DNA of 56,818 nucleotides, filler included, from Diploschistes diacapsis (GCA_023645945.1; 6 parts of 6 records of this genome joined end to end with filler, not necessarily neighbours in it), one strand, 5' to 3'; shown: positions 12,124 to 25,600, counted from the whole stretch's first letter. Numbers and translations are program-made. Notes: a model not told the origin generated them from the sequence alone.

Positions 12124-13620
12124 ATGACTGGTGCAAGGTATGGGCTGGTGCACAGCTCGGCTCTGATCCTCCTCAGTCTTTGTGTGCTACCCATAAGCAC
12201 ATACGTTCTTCTCTGCGCTTACACCCTTCAAGCCCTTCTAGTTTCTGCTTCCAAAACCCAATCTCGTCGCAAAACTCCAAATTTTCAGCCTAGAAGAGTT
12301 TTGATTTCCGGCATCAACACCACCAACGGCCTCGCGCTTGCTCGAAGCTTCCACAAAGCTGGCCACCATGTGACGGGGGTGGACTGTCACATTAGCCCCT
12401 TACCTGGCATTGGTAGAGTTTCTAGGGCAGTAAAAAAATACTACTCTCTTTCTATTCCCCGAGACGAGCTTGCAGCAACCGATTACGTGCATGCGCTGTT
12501 GCAGGTGGTCCAAGAGGAGAGGGCGGACTTATGGGTTAGCTGCTCGGCCTTCACCACCTCCGTAGAGGATAGCCTAGCGAAAGAAGTTATCGAGAGGAAG
12601 ACAAAGTGTCGTTGTCTCGGTCTCGACCTGGCCACCACGTCTCTCCTTAGCAATCAATCTGATTTCCTCCAACACGCCCGGTCGATGGGTTTACCAAGCC
12701 GAGAGAGCTACAATGTCACCAGCAGGAACGAGGTACATCATGTCATAGGAGCTGCCGCGCCTTCTAGTAGGTCTTTTACAATCTCCAAAGTACGCTCGCG
12801 CCAGAATAAAGAAGACAAGCTGGCTCCGCCGCGCAACATTTCCCCTTTACTTCCCCGTCGTTCAGTGAGCGAAACTTATCAAGTGGTTTCAGAGATAGCC
12901 ATATCGCCAGAAGCACCTTATGTGCTTGAAGAAGATGTTGGAGGAGAAGAGTACACTACCTATTGTCTCGTCATCCGTGGCTCCGTCAAGGCCTTTGCAG
13001 CTTGTCCGGTTCCTGGGCGTTCGATGCAAATACAAGCGTTACCAGCTAGCTCCGGTTTACATCAAGCAATGCTCAAGTTCGCGCAAGAGTTTACTTCGAG
13101 ATTCGAGCATGAGTTAACTGGCAATCTTTCCTTTACGTTCAGAGTCCAAGAATCCGCGACAGCAGATGGATATCATAGCAAGCTTATCCCCGTCGCATGC
13201 GAACCAAAGGCTGAGATGCCCAGTATTTTGCTTCACTATACGAAAGGAGACTTGCCTGGTACAATATTGGCCATCCTTCGCAAGAGTGCTTCTAATGGGT
13301 ATGTTAAGCCATCCACGACAATTATTACTGTCGAGCAGCCGCTCAGTTGCTACTGGACCGGCCACGACTTAGTCTCAATGGTCGTCCTGCCGAGTCTTCG
13401 CTTTCTGAGTCTCCAAGCAGGGCTGTCGGAGCTGCTTCGAGGCTGGTTTCTATTTACGCGTAACCTTCTGTTTTCGAAGGACATCACATTCGAGCTGTGG
13501 GATCCATTCCCCTGGTGGTGGCAATACCATGTGTATTGGCCCGTGCAGTTGCTGCTTCGTGTGCTACATCGGCGGAAGTGGAGTCATATCGACCTTGATT
13601 CTGGACGGATGTACGAATGA
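12124..13620 (+). CDS. ATP-grasp fold protein related to mycosporine-glycine ligase (MysC-like), divergent
   Basis: Single 498-aa ORF with an N-terminal hydrophobic helix, RVLISG..GLALARSFHKAGHHV, EEYTTY.LV..G.VKAF.ACP, TGNLSFTF, CYWTGHDL and KDITFELWDPFPWWWQYH, matching the MysC-family layout. Confidence 0.7.
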   Translation: MTGARYGLVHSSALILLSLCVLPISTYVLLCAYTLQALLVSASKTQSRRKTPNFQPRRVLISGINTTNGLALARSFHKAGHHVTGVDCHISPLPGIGRVSRAVKKYYSLSIPRDELAATDYVHALLQVVQEERADLWVSCSAFTTSVEDSLAKEVIERKTKCRCLGLDLATTSLLSNQSDFLQHARSMGLPSRESYNVTSRNEVHHVIGAAAPSSRSFTISKVRSRQNKEDKLAPPRNISPLLPRRSVSETYQVVSEIAISPEAPYVLEEDVGGEEYTTYCLVIRGSVKAFAACPVPGRSMQIQALPASSGLHQAMLKFAQEFTSRFEHELTGNLSFTFRVQESATADGYHSKLIPVACEPKAEMPSILLHYTKGDLPGTILAILRKSASNGYVKPSTTIITVEQPLSCYWTGHDLVSMVVLPSLRFLSLQAGLSELLRGWFLFTRNLLFSKDITFELWDPFPWWWQYHVYWPVQLLLRVLHRRKWSHIDLDSGRMYE

Positions 13621-14245
13621 ATAACGATAGTGTGCCAAGACTACATACAGTTTACGCGCAAGCGGGTTATGAGCAAAGCCATTCAAAATGGCCCAGGATA
13701 ATTCGAAACCTGGAGTGACATGGATGGATACCACGCACAGTCAGCGAAGTGGTGTGTGTTGCATGAACAATTCGAAGTATTCCCCTTTAGTCACCAGCTT
13801 TTGTGATAGGGATAGGGAAAACATTACCCCTTTTGCCCCACATGTTTTTCTTTTGGTGGCCCATAGCTCTCAAACTCCATCCATAACAAGTTGGTTGGGT
13901 ACCTAACTGGTAACGCACGCGCTCTCTGTTCAACCTTATTTATTGCCCATTGCTCTTATCGATCTGCCCTTATCTGTAAGCATCATCACATCATCCCGCA
14001 TTCCGAGCCTGGACAGCCTGCATCTTAGCATTCATCCAGCAAAGCCGCAGTGAGGGGTAGAGAGAACTCATTCGTATGCTGTTTCTGGCAATTCTACGCT
14101 CCCCTTGGTCATCCTGGTGACCACCATTTATCTGGCTTTTTCGAGTCAGATCTGAAATATCAATCCGATAACGTCGCACTTTCCACCACATTTTTCTCTT
14201 TCAACTTTCGTTTTGGGTCCTGCACGACCGATAAGTTCCATCAAT

Positions 14246-16434
14246 ATGGTCTTTGAAACGCTCAAGCAGTTCGCGCATCGCACCACAAATGGCCATTTCA
14301 AACCTCACCCTTTCGATCCCTTATCACCAACCGAGATTGAAGAGGCCGTCAGCATCGTCCATCGTGAACATCAGAACCTCTTTTACAATGCGGTTACCCT
14401 CCAAGAACCCCGCAAGGTTGCCATGACCCAATGGCTCAGCGATCCTAATAACGCGCCAAGACCTCGTCGATTGGCCGAAGTCATCGCGATTGGGCCTCGA
14501 AGCCAGGTGTTTGAGGGTCTGGTAGATCTGGATGAGCAGAAGATAGCGCAATGGGAATCTATCGAAGGCGTACAACCCTTGGTACTTAATGGAGCGATAA
14601 AAAGGAGAAGACGATACTCACGTCTTATAGATCACCATGGAAGACCTCCAACTTGTCGAGCATATCGCGCGCAAAGATCCAAGAGTAATTGAACAGTGCG
14701 GCATTATCGGCATACCATCGGAGGATATGCACAAGGTCTATTGCGATCGTGAGTTACCTGAGCGGAGCTCGAACACACATGTCTCATGGTAGTTCAGCAT
14801 GGACCATCGGATACGACGAACGCTTCGGCAACAAGATCCGGCTCCAGCAAGCACTAATGTATTACAGACCGCATATCGATGATAGCCAGTACACTTATCC
14901 CCTGGATTTTACGCCGATCTTTAATGCAGGTACGCAGGAGATCATCGATATCGATGTTCCATCTGTGAGACGGCCACTCAGCAAAGCCGTGCCGAACAAT
15001 TATAACCCTGCAGCCGTTGAGGCTGAAGGCGGCTATCGGCAGGACTTGAAGCCTTTGAATATCACGCAGCCGGAAGGCGTTTCGTTCAAGGTGGATGGCA
15101 GGATCATCGAGTGGCAGAACTGGAAAGTGCATGTCGGCTTTAATTATCGAGAGGGGATTGTCCTGAACAACATTACGTACAATAACAAGGGAAACGAGAG
15201 AAGCGTGTTCTATCGGCTCTCGTTAGCGGAGATGGTGGTACCGTATGGAAATCCGGAACACCCTCATCAAAGAAAACATGCCTTTGACCTTGGGGAATAC
15301 GGTGGCGGATACATGACGAATAGCCTTGCATTGGGATGCGATTGCAAGGGTGCTATCCATTACATGGATGCGGCTTTTGTAAACCGTGCTGGAGCTAGCC
15401 AAGTCATCCAAAACGCCATATGTATCCATGAGGAGGACTCTGGAATATTATTCAAGCATACCGATTTCAGAGACGGTTCTGTCATTGTGACTCGAGGCCG
15501 AAAACTCGTCATCTCCCAGGTATTCACCGCCGGTAACTACGAGTACTGCGTGTACTGGATGTTCCATCTAGATGGTACAATACAGCTGGACATCAAGCTC
15601 ACGGGCATTCTGAACACCTATGCTATCAATCCCGGAGAAGACACACTTGGCTGGGGAACGGAAGTGTATCCGGGTGTAAACGCGCACAACCACCAGCATC
15701 TGTTTTGCATGAGGATAGACTCGAACGTCGACGGACCCGAGAACACCGTGTTTCAAGTGGACGCGAAACAGGGCCCAGGAGAAGTCGCCAGCGCCGAGAA
15801 CAAGTACGGTAATGCATTCTATGCGCACAAGACGAAGTATACAACGGCCAAGGAGTCCATGTCGGATTACAACGCCAGTACCAGCCGGACGTGGGATATA
15901 GCGAACACCAACAAGATCAACCCGTACAGTCACAAACCTGTAAGCTACAAGCTTGTCAGTCGAGAGGTTCCGATGCTGCTGCCCAAGGATAACGGTCTCG
16001 TCTGGAAGAGGGCTGGTTTCGCAAGACATGCCGTACATGTTACCAAGTGCAAGTCTTCGGATGATACGTTTGAACGTGGCTGACGATGTGTAGACCAGGA
16101 TGATCAGCTTCATCCAGCCGGACGACATGTGCCGCAGACTTCGGGCGAGCCTTCCAAGGGCCTCCCGGAATGGATCGAGAAGCACGGCGACGAGAGCATA
16201 GAGAACACAGATATCGTGTTCTGGCACACATTCGGCGTTACCCACTTCCCAGCTCCAGAAGACTATCCGGTTATGCCTGCCGAGCCCATGACTTTGTTGC
16301 TTAGACCAAGGAATTTCTTCCTCAAGAATCCAGCCCTGGACGTGCCTCCGAGCTTTTGCATCACCCCTAGCCAAGTAGCAGCAAAAAAGGCGGCCAATGT
16401 CGATAACACGGACAAGACGAGTCGATTGGCGTAG
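14246..16434 (+). CDS. Copper amine oxidase (TPQ-dependent); 4 exons
   Basis: HPFDPLS at the N-terminus, TPQ motif NYEY, Cu ligands HNHQH and WHTFGVTH, and EDYPVMP. Introns 14582-14630, 14749-14797 and 16049-16093 (GC-AG). Confidence 0.96.
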
Positions 16435-17053
16435 GATGAAGAGTCGGTGCTTTAATTGCTACAACGGGCGTATGAGCGCAATGCGACAAAGCGTGGTTTT
16501 TGTACTGATTGTACCGATCGACTGATAGACAATAATGAATCATTTCGAGATTCATTTAGTATTCCTGTACCTGTACTGTAGGTAGGGCAACCAAGGATTG
16601 CGTGACAGGCTGACGAGCCCAACCTGAAGTGAAAGAAGCTTATTCCAAAACTCGGGCTTGTTTATGGAAGTCAATTCGCGCAATCACGTGCCGCATCTCC
16701 GTCCATAACGTGAGGCTTGGCGATGTTGGTTTTCAAGTTGTTTTCAACGCCTCCGACCAGAAAGCCTGCGAAGCAAATACAACGCCAACAACAACCTCGA
16801 AGGCTGCGCTGCGTCAAGCACCCTGTAACAATAGCCCATTTCATATATCCGTAGCGGTAGGCACTTCCAAGATGCCACAGTTCTCTTTCACGACTTTTTC
16901 TTTTGTTTCTTCATTTCTTGCGATTCATTTCAGAGGTTGACTCCTCTCTGCACGCTCTGCACACGCATCGAGCTCTGCATTTGTATACTTTACTGGCTAG
17001 TCCGGCTTTTCTGTTCTTAATTGCTTTTTCCAAGAATCTTTTAATTCGTAATT

Positions 17054-18391
17054 ATGGGTATTGTTGAGAGGGTCAAGAACTTTCCTTTGGATAGATTCAA
17101 GTTTGGCATCCATGGAGTCCAGGGAATCATGAACACAATTACATGGATATTGTCCATAGCCATAATAGCAAAGCCCGGCGGCGAAGCCTCTGCCACTTGG
17201 TTTTACTTCTTTTTGGTGAGTGACGGATAGGAACATGGAATGTTAAGGCTAATGCGCTTGCAGACATGGATCACATTCCCAGCACTCATATACAACGCGA
17301 TCTTTCCGCTCTGGGAACGGACGAGGCGCTTCTTGAATCCATACGCGACTACCGCAATCGACGTTGTTTACACGATCTTTTGGGTCGGTGCATTCGCTTC
17401 AGTTCAGGTGTGGACATCTAGTGGGGTACTAGCCAGCAGCCAAGGCTTCTGCTCAAGCTTCGCCTATGGCGATCAAGACAAATGCGTCATGAGCTATGGA
17501 ACGGTCGCTATCGGCGTTCTGATGTTCATCTGCTGGATGTTTGCTGCCGGCATCTCAATCTACAACCTCATCCAGTTCCGCCTACACGGCCTATCCAGAC
17601 CCTCCATTTCCAACCCCAAACCCATCGAGCCCAAATTCGTCTACCCCGATAACGCCTCCAGCCGGTACAGCGGGAACTCTCGCGCACCAGCCACACGTAT
17701 TCACGACCTCGAAAAGGGCAGCATGCACACCCAAACCGATGAAGGAACGCATCCTGGCCGCAAGCTCTCTTGGGGCCAATCCCCGCCCAACACTGCCCCT
17801 CCACAAGCGGGCAACTTTCCCGAAGCCCGCCCCGTCTTCCGCACAATAGACTACAACAAAGACGCCACCGAGACATCTCCACTCTCAGCCGCTCCCCCCG
17901 GCGCTGCACAGCAGCAGCGTCGTAACGCTCAATCCGCCCGCTACACACCGCCTCGCCTGCAACTCTACGGGCCTCAGGATCGCTCGCCAGCACTAATCAT
18001 GGATTACGGCGCCATGCGCACGCCACTGACCCCGAACGTCAACGCAGCACCCTACAACATGCGCGGTGGTCGCCTGATGCGCGCGCCGAGCACCGCCTAC
18101 GCGAGCATGTACGGCGGCGACTTCCTGAACGGCCAGCGGAGCCACTACAGCGGCAACAACGGCAACAATGGCCGCGAGAGCGTGACACCAAGGAGGCCGA
18201 TCAGCCGCATGCCGTTGCCTGGACCGGCGAGTTACAGGATGGGCGGGTACAGCAGCGGGTTCAACACGCCGTTGCCGACGGCCATGCTGACGCCGGCACA
18301 GGGTAACTCGTGGAGGCGGGATGTCGAGCAGAGTTATCAGCAGCAACTGGGCGGGCAGGCGTGGCAGGCCAAGGGGGTTTATGCGCAGTGA
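17054..18391 (+). CDS. MARVEL-like four-TM membrane protein with a long low-complexity cytosolic tail; 2 exons
   Basis: Exon 1 (17054-17215, MGIVERVKNFPLDRFKFGIHGVQG...WFYFFL) is joined by a GTGAGT..GCTAAT..CAG intron (17216-17263) to the 17240..18391 ORF. Contains the D..YTIFW..AFASV motif typical of fungal MARVEL proteins. Confidence 0.7.
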
Positions 18392-19000
18392 GGGAGTGAT
18401 GCGGGTAGCGAAGTTCTGTGCTGCTGTTTACATTAGCGAGGCGCTGTGGTGCAGTGCTTGTGGATTGCAAGCCTACTGTGGGCCGGGCTAAGGCTTAAGG
18501 TGCTGTGGGCCTGCTGAGGCGTCCAACGGCTCGGAGTGTTGACGAGGGAATATTGCTCTGTTAGAGATACCCATTACGCATTGGATTATGGTCATTGGAT
18601 GTGAAGACTCGCTTGTTATAAACTTTGATGATTAAGTTTCGACTCACAACAAACACACCACCTCATAATCTCTGTTCATTGATCGTTGGAGGGAAACATT
18701 CCTACTATTGATCGTGCTGAAAAGTAAAGAGTTAATCTATCAGTGGGCTCGGGAGCACAATAAAAGTGCTCATCAGACCCCGTAAACCACCTTCTCTGCT
18801 GCGCATCGCCATACTATGTCCCCTGCCAAACCCCCATACGCTTTCACATCCATTTTCCCCTGCAAACATCCTACCCATCCGACCAGCGCAGCTCCAAAAG
18901 NNNNNNNNNNNNNNNNNNNNNNNNNNNNNNNNNNNNNNNNNNNNTTAATTAATTAANNNNNNNNNNNNNNNNNNNNNNNNNNNNNNNNNNNNNNNNNNNN

Positions 19001-19390
19001 AACTAATTTAGCTTTTTTAGAACAGCGTAATCGATACCCGCGTTTTATTAATAAATAATTTAACTTCTACTTTAGATCTGATTATCCTAGGGTGCTATAA
19101 TCCAGATCTTAGGTTTTTAAGATTTCTTCAATTTAATCTATAATAAGTAACGTAATTAGATCTTATAATCGTAACGGTAATACTTACCCGGAAATATTAC
19201 TTTTAATATATAAACGCGACGAAATAGTAAATTAACTCGGGCTTATAACCTTTTAAATAACGTATGTATTAAAGTTTAGATATTTAAAAATCTAATTAGA
19301 AAGAATAATTTATATATAAATTTTTATATTAATAGGATCTATTAAGCCTTATAGACTTGCACTATTCCCGATTAAGATTAATAGGAACCC
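19001..19390. mobile_element. AT-rich, probably RIP-degraded transposon relic
   Basis: Abrupt switch to very AT-rich sequence with TpA excess and almost no CpA/TpG, next to a contig end. No intact ORF. Confidence 0.55.
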
Positions 19391-22300
19391 CAGTAAGTTC
19401 AGCTGAACTGAACCTGAACCTGAGGTTCAGCTGAACTTCCCAGCCATGCATTCTGCCTGCCTGCTCAACAGGGAGCCAGAGTCACAGATGCGGTTGCGGC
19501 GAGGAGAGCTCCATGAAGGCTGTGCTATAAGACATTGTGTCGGTGCATGGATCGGCCTTTGTTGAACAGCTATGGGACTTTGATGACAATGCCTATAAAC
19601 AATTTCGGGAGCTGATGATGTTCTTCTCAAGTTCTTTCAAGGATGAAAATAGCTTTCTTTATATCTTGTAATAGTATGCTAGTTCCTCCCATCCCGAAAC
19701 AACTCTTTCCCCTCACTTTGGAATGCTAGAGTATGACCTCTCGAAATTGAGTATCGTGGTAAAGACTTTGTTGTTATTGAAGGTTTATCTGACCGCTTAT
19801 AATTATTTTATGATGAGAAACGTAGCGTTACTTACATAATTCTATCATAATTCACTTTCTTTATCATGGATTTTTAAAATTTTTTTATTAACGGCTTCTT
19901 CACATATTGATAACTCGTAGCTTCACAGAAAAACCATACGATCTGAATTGCTCGATTTATCACAAATAGCAAAGATTACTTTTTTATTCATTTCACAAAA
20001 CTTATTTTAACTTTATATAATTAATTCTATTTGGCGGTTTTTTTTATCGAATTTGGAAGCTAACAAACAAACAATGATTTGTGATTGTACAAACATGGCC
20101 CCTGAGTCAAACGGCGGTTTAACGAGTTAAAACTCTTGAAGTGAAGCGTGGGATGGAGAGCTCCTGTTCCTGGCCTTAAGCCTTTCGAGGAAGGAAGCTC
20201 TCCAAGTTGTCTCCACTTTGACTTCCACTTCCACTTCCACTTCCACTATCCATCGACACCAATAAATTACGCATATTTCAAGCTCGAGGCTCAAAGATCA
20301 CTGATGAGGAGACTTCCGTGTGCGAGTCAGCTTCGCATGAAAAAAGCGCACATCACGAACATCAAACGGCACCACATGTCCTTCAACCAGCCCAATGAGG
20401 GAAAACCACCTTGTGAGCAAAGGCTCGGAGAGGTTCATGCGAGTCAGCGCTGCAGATTGCGGGCGGGTTCGAAACATTGATTGTTCCTAAGAGCATGCCC
20501 CTGCCGGCTTCTTTTCATGCTTATCGCCTTGGAATTCACATCGTTGTGGCAAGAAACTGGCTAGTGAGGGCGCATCGATTGTCTCAAGACAGAAATCTCC
20601 ATCTTCATCTTTGTTTGGTATCGCTATTTGGTCCTTGAGGTCCCTGTTCTTTTTTCGTACGTGGTCCAACAGCACCAGAGACTCGATGGCGCCATAAGCA
20701 TGATTGAAGGGGGGGGGCCTTTTTAACGTGCTTGGTAAAGGCTTGGTCTGCTGCGTGCGGCGTGCTTTTTTGATCTCGTACAGAAATCCTCCCTGTTGCT
20801 TTGCCCGTTGGGTGGCTTGGAGCCTTGTACAAGAAGGGAAGGGCTGTGAAGGCTGCGTTGGTGCGAAATCTTTTACGGCACACAGCAGACTTTCATCGAT
20901 ACCAGATACTGAACTGGTACTGAACTGGTAGTTGAATTTCTCTTTTGGCTGCATGCTGTTCCTTTTTCACATCAGCCCAACACCTGGGAGCACAGAATTA
21001 CTTCCTTGTCATTGGTCGAAACTGCTCACCATTTTTGGGCCACCTCATCTCAGCTACGTTTGCTTGATTGTGGTATGTGGTATGTGTTATGTGTTATAGA
21101 GCGCTTTGTAGACAAACATTGTGGCACTTGCCCTGCTGCTGTGATAGGGTAGATTAGCTCTAATGCCATCACTCGTGCACTCTCGTATTTCCGGGCCCAG
21201 TGAATGAATGAATGAATGAATGAATGGATGGATGTAGGAGGGAGCAAAAGATTACACGCTACTGGGGGAAACTTACGCAATATTACGGTGCTAGTCCCTT
21301 AATGTGCAGATTTCAAGGGGAAATGAAGGCTGAATGCATGCCAAGCACTGTAATATAGCCATTTAAAACATTTAACCCCCATTTTCTGACTTCGCCTCTG
21401 GGGGGCCTTTGACCACGACCTTTTACCACCAATTTTTACCACCTTTTCTACTTCCCTCACTCACCCGCAATGTCTGTGCTGTGCTTCCCCTTCCCTTCCT
21501 CTTCCGCGCCAAACATAGTCCCGCCCTTCTCTTTTCCCCCTTCCCTGTCCAATTCTCTCCCTTCAACACCTGCAACCTCCTCCGCCTGGCCTGTCGTCCT
21601 AACTTACCCCAACCTACACAAGCTCCCGATTAACTGACGGCAGCAATTGATCTCACAATGCTGTTGCCAAAGTCTTCATAGGCTTTATCAAACAAGAAAA
21701 CAGCTGTTGACTTTCCAAGGACATTCATTTCCATCCATCCCAGAGAGACAGACCCTTCCACCATCACGCGGTCGCAAATCTTCCCACCACCAAACATTCC
21801 AAACATCCAACTCTTGCTCCATCCAAAACACCCTACCATCCTTTGGCCATTCACTTCGTCACTCGTTTACTTGAGCTGCGTTTCTTTCGTCTTCAATTCT
21901 GCTACTGGACAAACACATTTCGAACCTGCAGTCTCTATACGCACCACCTTCTTCAACCAAGCGTGGAATCGGTCAAGGGGGGCGCTAAAGGAGGAGCAGT
22001 GTCTGCATTAGAAAGATAGATGCTCCGGAAAGTGGCAGTTTTTGGGAGAAAAAGAAGGTCTGGCGAGAAGGCGTCCATCGGGCTCGAGTGAACCATCTAT
22101 CAAAGAACTTGCGTTGTTAGCGGTCACCAGGCGCCACCGCTATTTCCGACTCTGACAAAGACTCTTTCAAATCGCCGTCGCTCAGCCTGGCTCTGGGCCT
22201 CTAAACGCTTTACCTGCGGCCGACTTATTTCGTGCGCTCCTGCTTCAATTCAACCCCCCTCTACTCGTCAAGTGTCTAGGCTCAGCAGTCACTGGCTTTC

Positions 22301-22620
22301 CGATTCTTTCCAGGACTTCTTCGTCCTACACGCTCTTTTGACTTTCATTTCTTTCGCCTTTCTTAACCAGAAAAGTAAGTCACGCCATTCTCAACGAGGC
22401 CATCCAGGGCGGACTTGATTGCCAGCTCAACTGACACGAAACGCAGCTACAATCCTTCACATTCGACTTGTCAGATTCACTCGCTTCTATCTGACCCTGA
22501 CAGTAAGTCGAAGGCTCGTGTGTTTTGAAGGAGTAGGGGGCTGATCGAGTTGGTAGCCAAAAGTCGCGCCCTAGAATTCATACCAGACCACATAATACTT
22601 TAATACAACACATCCATACT

Positions 22621-25600
22621 ATGGTTCGCCTGCTCAAATTCGCCGAGCTCGCTGCGGTGCTCCTTCTTGTTGAAGGCACTGTCGCCATTCCAAATGTCCC
22701 GCGATATGCTCCGTTTCCCAAACACATCAATCGCAGGCAGGATCCCATCGCAAACACCAGTACTCCGGTCAACACACCTTCCACGCCAATCGAGCAATCA
22801 ACAACCCCTCTGGGAGAAAGTACAACCCCAAGCGGGGAGCCGACCACAACAGCGGAGAATGATGCAACCAGCACGCCTCCCACCATCCCACTCCCGATTT
22901 CTACGCCGACGCTCTCGGTGAGTGCAAGTGCAAGTCTTGGCGACGGTGGCTCTAGCACTTCAAACGGTGCGAGCTCTACGCCGGATCAAGCTAGTTCCAC
23001 GCCTGGACAGGCAAGCTCCACGCCGGGTCAAGCGAGCTCTGCACCTGACCAAGCGAGCTCCACGCCCGGCCAGGTAAGCTCTGCACCAGCGCAGGCTAGT
23101 TCGACACCTGGGCTGGCAAGCTCTACACCGGTGCAGGCTACTTCATCTCCAGCTCAAGCCAGCCCTACACCAGGACAGACTAGCTCGACACCAGGGCAGG
23201 CTTCTTCATCCCTAGGCCAAGCCAGCTCTACACCAGGACAGGCAAGTTCGACACCAGGGCAGGCAAGCTCCACGCCAGCTCAAGTTAGTCCGACACCGGT
23301 CCAGGCTTCTTCGATTCCCGAAGCTTCCAGTTCGGCATTCTCTCCCAGTGAATCCTCACCAACTGCCTCCAGCCCTGGCTCACAATCGACCGCGCCTGTT
23401 GTCAGTGTTTCGGCAAGTGTCAGCAATCCGATACCGCCAGTCACTTCCTTGTTGTCATCATTGCTACCACAGCCGGCTCCATCACAGAGCTTATCTGACC
23501 AGCCTTCGTCGGACACTGCACAGCCTAGCGGAAGTCAGACGCCAAATACCCAGACTCGGAATCCTAACCCCACCGAAAGCGCAAGTCAGTCGGGAGGTAA
23601 CTCGAACACTGTGACGCCAAGCAACCCATTAACTGTACTAACGAGCTTGCCAGCCTCGGTGTCTTTCTCAGACTCGATACCTGTGTCGGTACCAAGCGTT
23701 GCATCTACGCTGCCTGGTTCCATACCTGTCTCGGTGCCCACCTCGCTGCCCACCACCCCTATTTCCTCCCTGCCTGGCTCTATTCCGTCATCGACTCCGC
23801 CGGCTAGCACAATTATCCCTGTGCCAGTATCGACCGTGTCCGGGCCTGACGGAGCTACTACCGTTCTATCGACTCCTGGCATCGTCTCAAGCTCGGTTGT
23901 CCCAGCACCGGTATCAACTATATCTGGAGCTAACGGAGTTACTACTGTCCTCTCAACTCCTGGTATAGTCTCAAGTTTGACCTCAGTGCTTTCAATTCCA
24001 CCCATTACGACCACTGATGCCTCTGGCTCACCCACCACTATTCCAGCCCAATCTTCGACCCAAGTCATACCCGTGTCGAATACTTTGTCGTCTCCTGGCA
24101 TAGTCTCGAGCCTGACGTCGGTACTTTCGATTCCACCTATTACGACCACTGATGCCTCTGGCTCGCCCACCATTATTCCGGCCCAGTCTTCGACCCAAGT
24201 CATACCCGTGTCGAATACTTTGTCGTCTCCTGGCATAGTCTCGAGCCTGACGTCGGTACTTTCGATTCCAGCCATTACGACCACTGATGCTTCTGGCTCA
24301 CCCACCATTATTCCGGCCCAGTCTTCGACCCAAGTCATACCCGTGTCGAATACTTTGTCGTCTCCTGGCATTGTTTCGAGTCTGACGTCGGTACTTTCGA
24401 TTCCAGCCATTACGACCACTGATGCTTCTGGCTCGCCCACCATTATTCCGGCCCAGTCTTCGACCCAAGTCATACCCGTGTCGAATACTTTGTCGTCTCC
24501 TGGCATAGTCTCGAGCCTGACGTCGGTACTTTCGATTCCACCTATTACGACCACTGATGTCTCTGGCTCACCCACCATTATTCCGGCCCAATCTTCGACC
24601 GTGGTTATACCCGTCTCGGTCTCGAGTCTCACCTCGCTGCTCTCAATTCCAGCCATTACGACGACTGATGCCTCTGGCTCACCTACCACCATTCCAGCCC
24701 AATCTTCGACCCAAGTCATTCCCGTCACCAATACTGTCTCGTCTTCTGGCATTGTCTCAAGTCTAACCTCGATACTTTCGATCCCCCCTGTCACAACCAC
24801 TGATGCCTCTGGTTCACCCACCACCATTCCAGCCCAATCCTCCACCGCGGTTATACCCGTCTCGAACACAGTGCCTTCGCTTTCGATGTCCAGCTCGGCA
24901 ACGTCTGCAGGCTTTACCGGTACCGCGACGCCTGTGTCTGGCTCTACTGGCGTAACTGCTAGCGCCTCGAGTCCTGCTGCGAGCGGAACGGAGTCTCATA
25001 GTGGGAGTGTTCAGCCTTCAGTATCTGGCTCGCAATCTGGCGCATCGGGTTCCGCAACGCATACGGAGTCTGGTTCGCAGTCTGGCGCTTCTGGCTCCGC
25101 AATTCATACGGAATCCGGAACGAAGCCCTCGGCCACAGGGGCGTCTGCTACGGGTGTATCTGATTCGAGTGCGGCTCCTGGATCAACCGGCCACGCATCT
25201 AGCGGAGCCGTTGCAACGCCTACAGAGCCAAACAGTGCGTACCCTACGACGGGCGCCACGTCCATCGTCGCTACCGCCACGGATAGTCTCACCGCTCAAT
25301 TCACCCCCACAACGATCGTTTTCGATACGACGCCGACACTGGCTCCAACGTCTACGATGAGCGATACCGGTATTCCAACTACTCTTCCAGGTGTAATCGG
25401 CAATCCATACACTAACGGCACGCTTCCCGCCCCACCCGAGGGGATGACACTCATCCAATTCGCGTTCAAGAGAGCTCTGGACTACGAGTTCGTTGTCACG
25501 CACCAATCTGCGATCGACGAGATCTTCTTGTACCTTCCCATGGGTGTGGCGTACGGCTTGACCGAGTCTCCCGATGCAGTCGTGATGCAAAGCTTGATGC

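Noticed and set aside
16420..16434. C-terminal SRLA of the amine oxidase as a PTS1
   Set aside because: SRL is not terminal (one extra Ala), so a canonical PTS1 cannot be claimed.
20487..20954. 155-aa minus-strand ORF next to an AT-rich tract
   Set aside because: No recognisable domain and stops in the continuing frame; it may be a TE or gene remnant but I cannot support a call.
21201..21232. (TGAA)n tract, also (CTTCCA)n at ~20222-20246
   Set aside because: Ordinary intergenic microsatellites.
23586..24869. 427-aa antisense repetitive ORF, and a CRISPR-like appearance of the repeats
   Set aside because: It is the reverse-strand shadow of the Msb2 coding minisatellite; there are no unique spacers and the context is eukaryotic.
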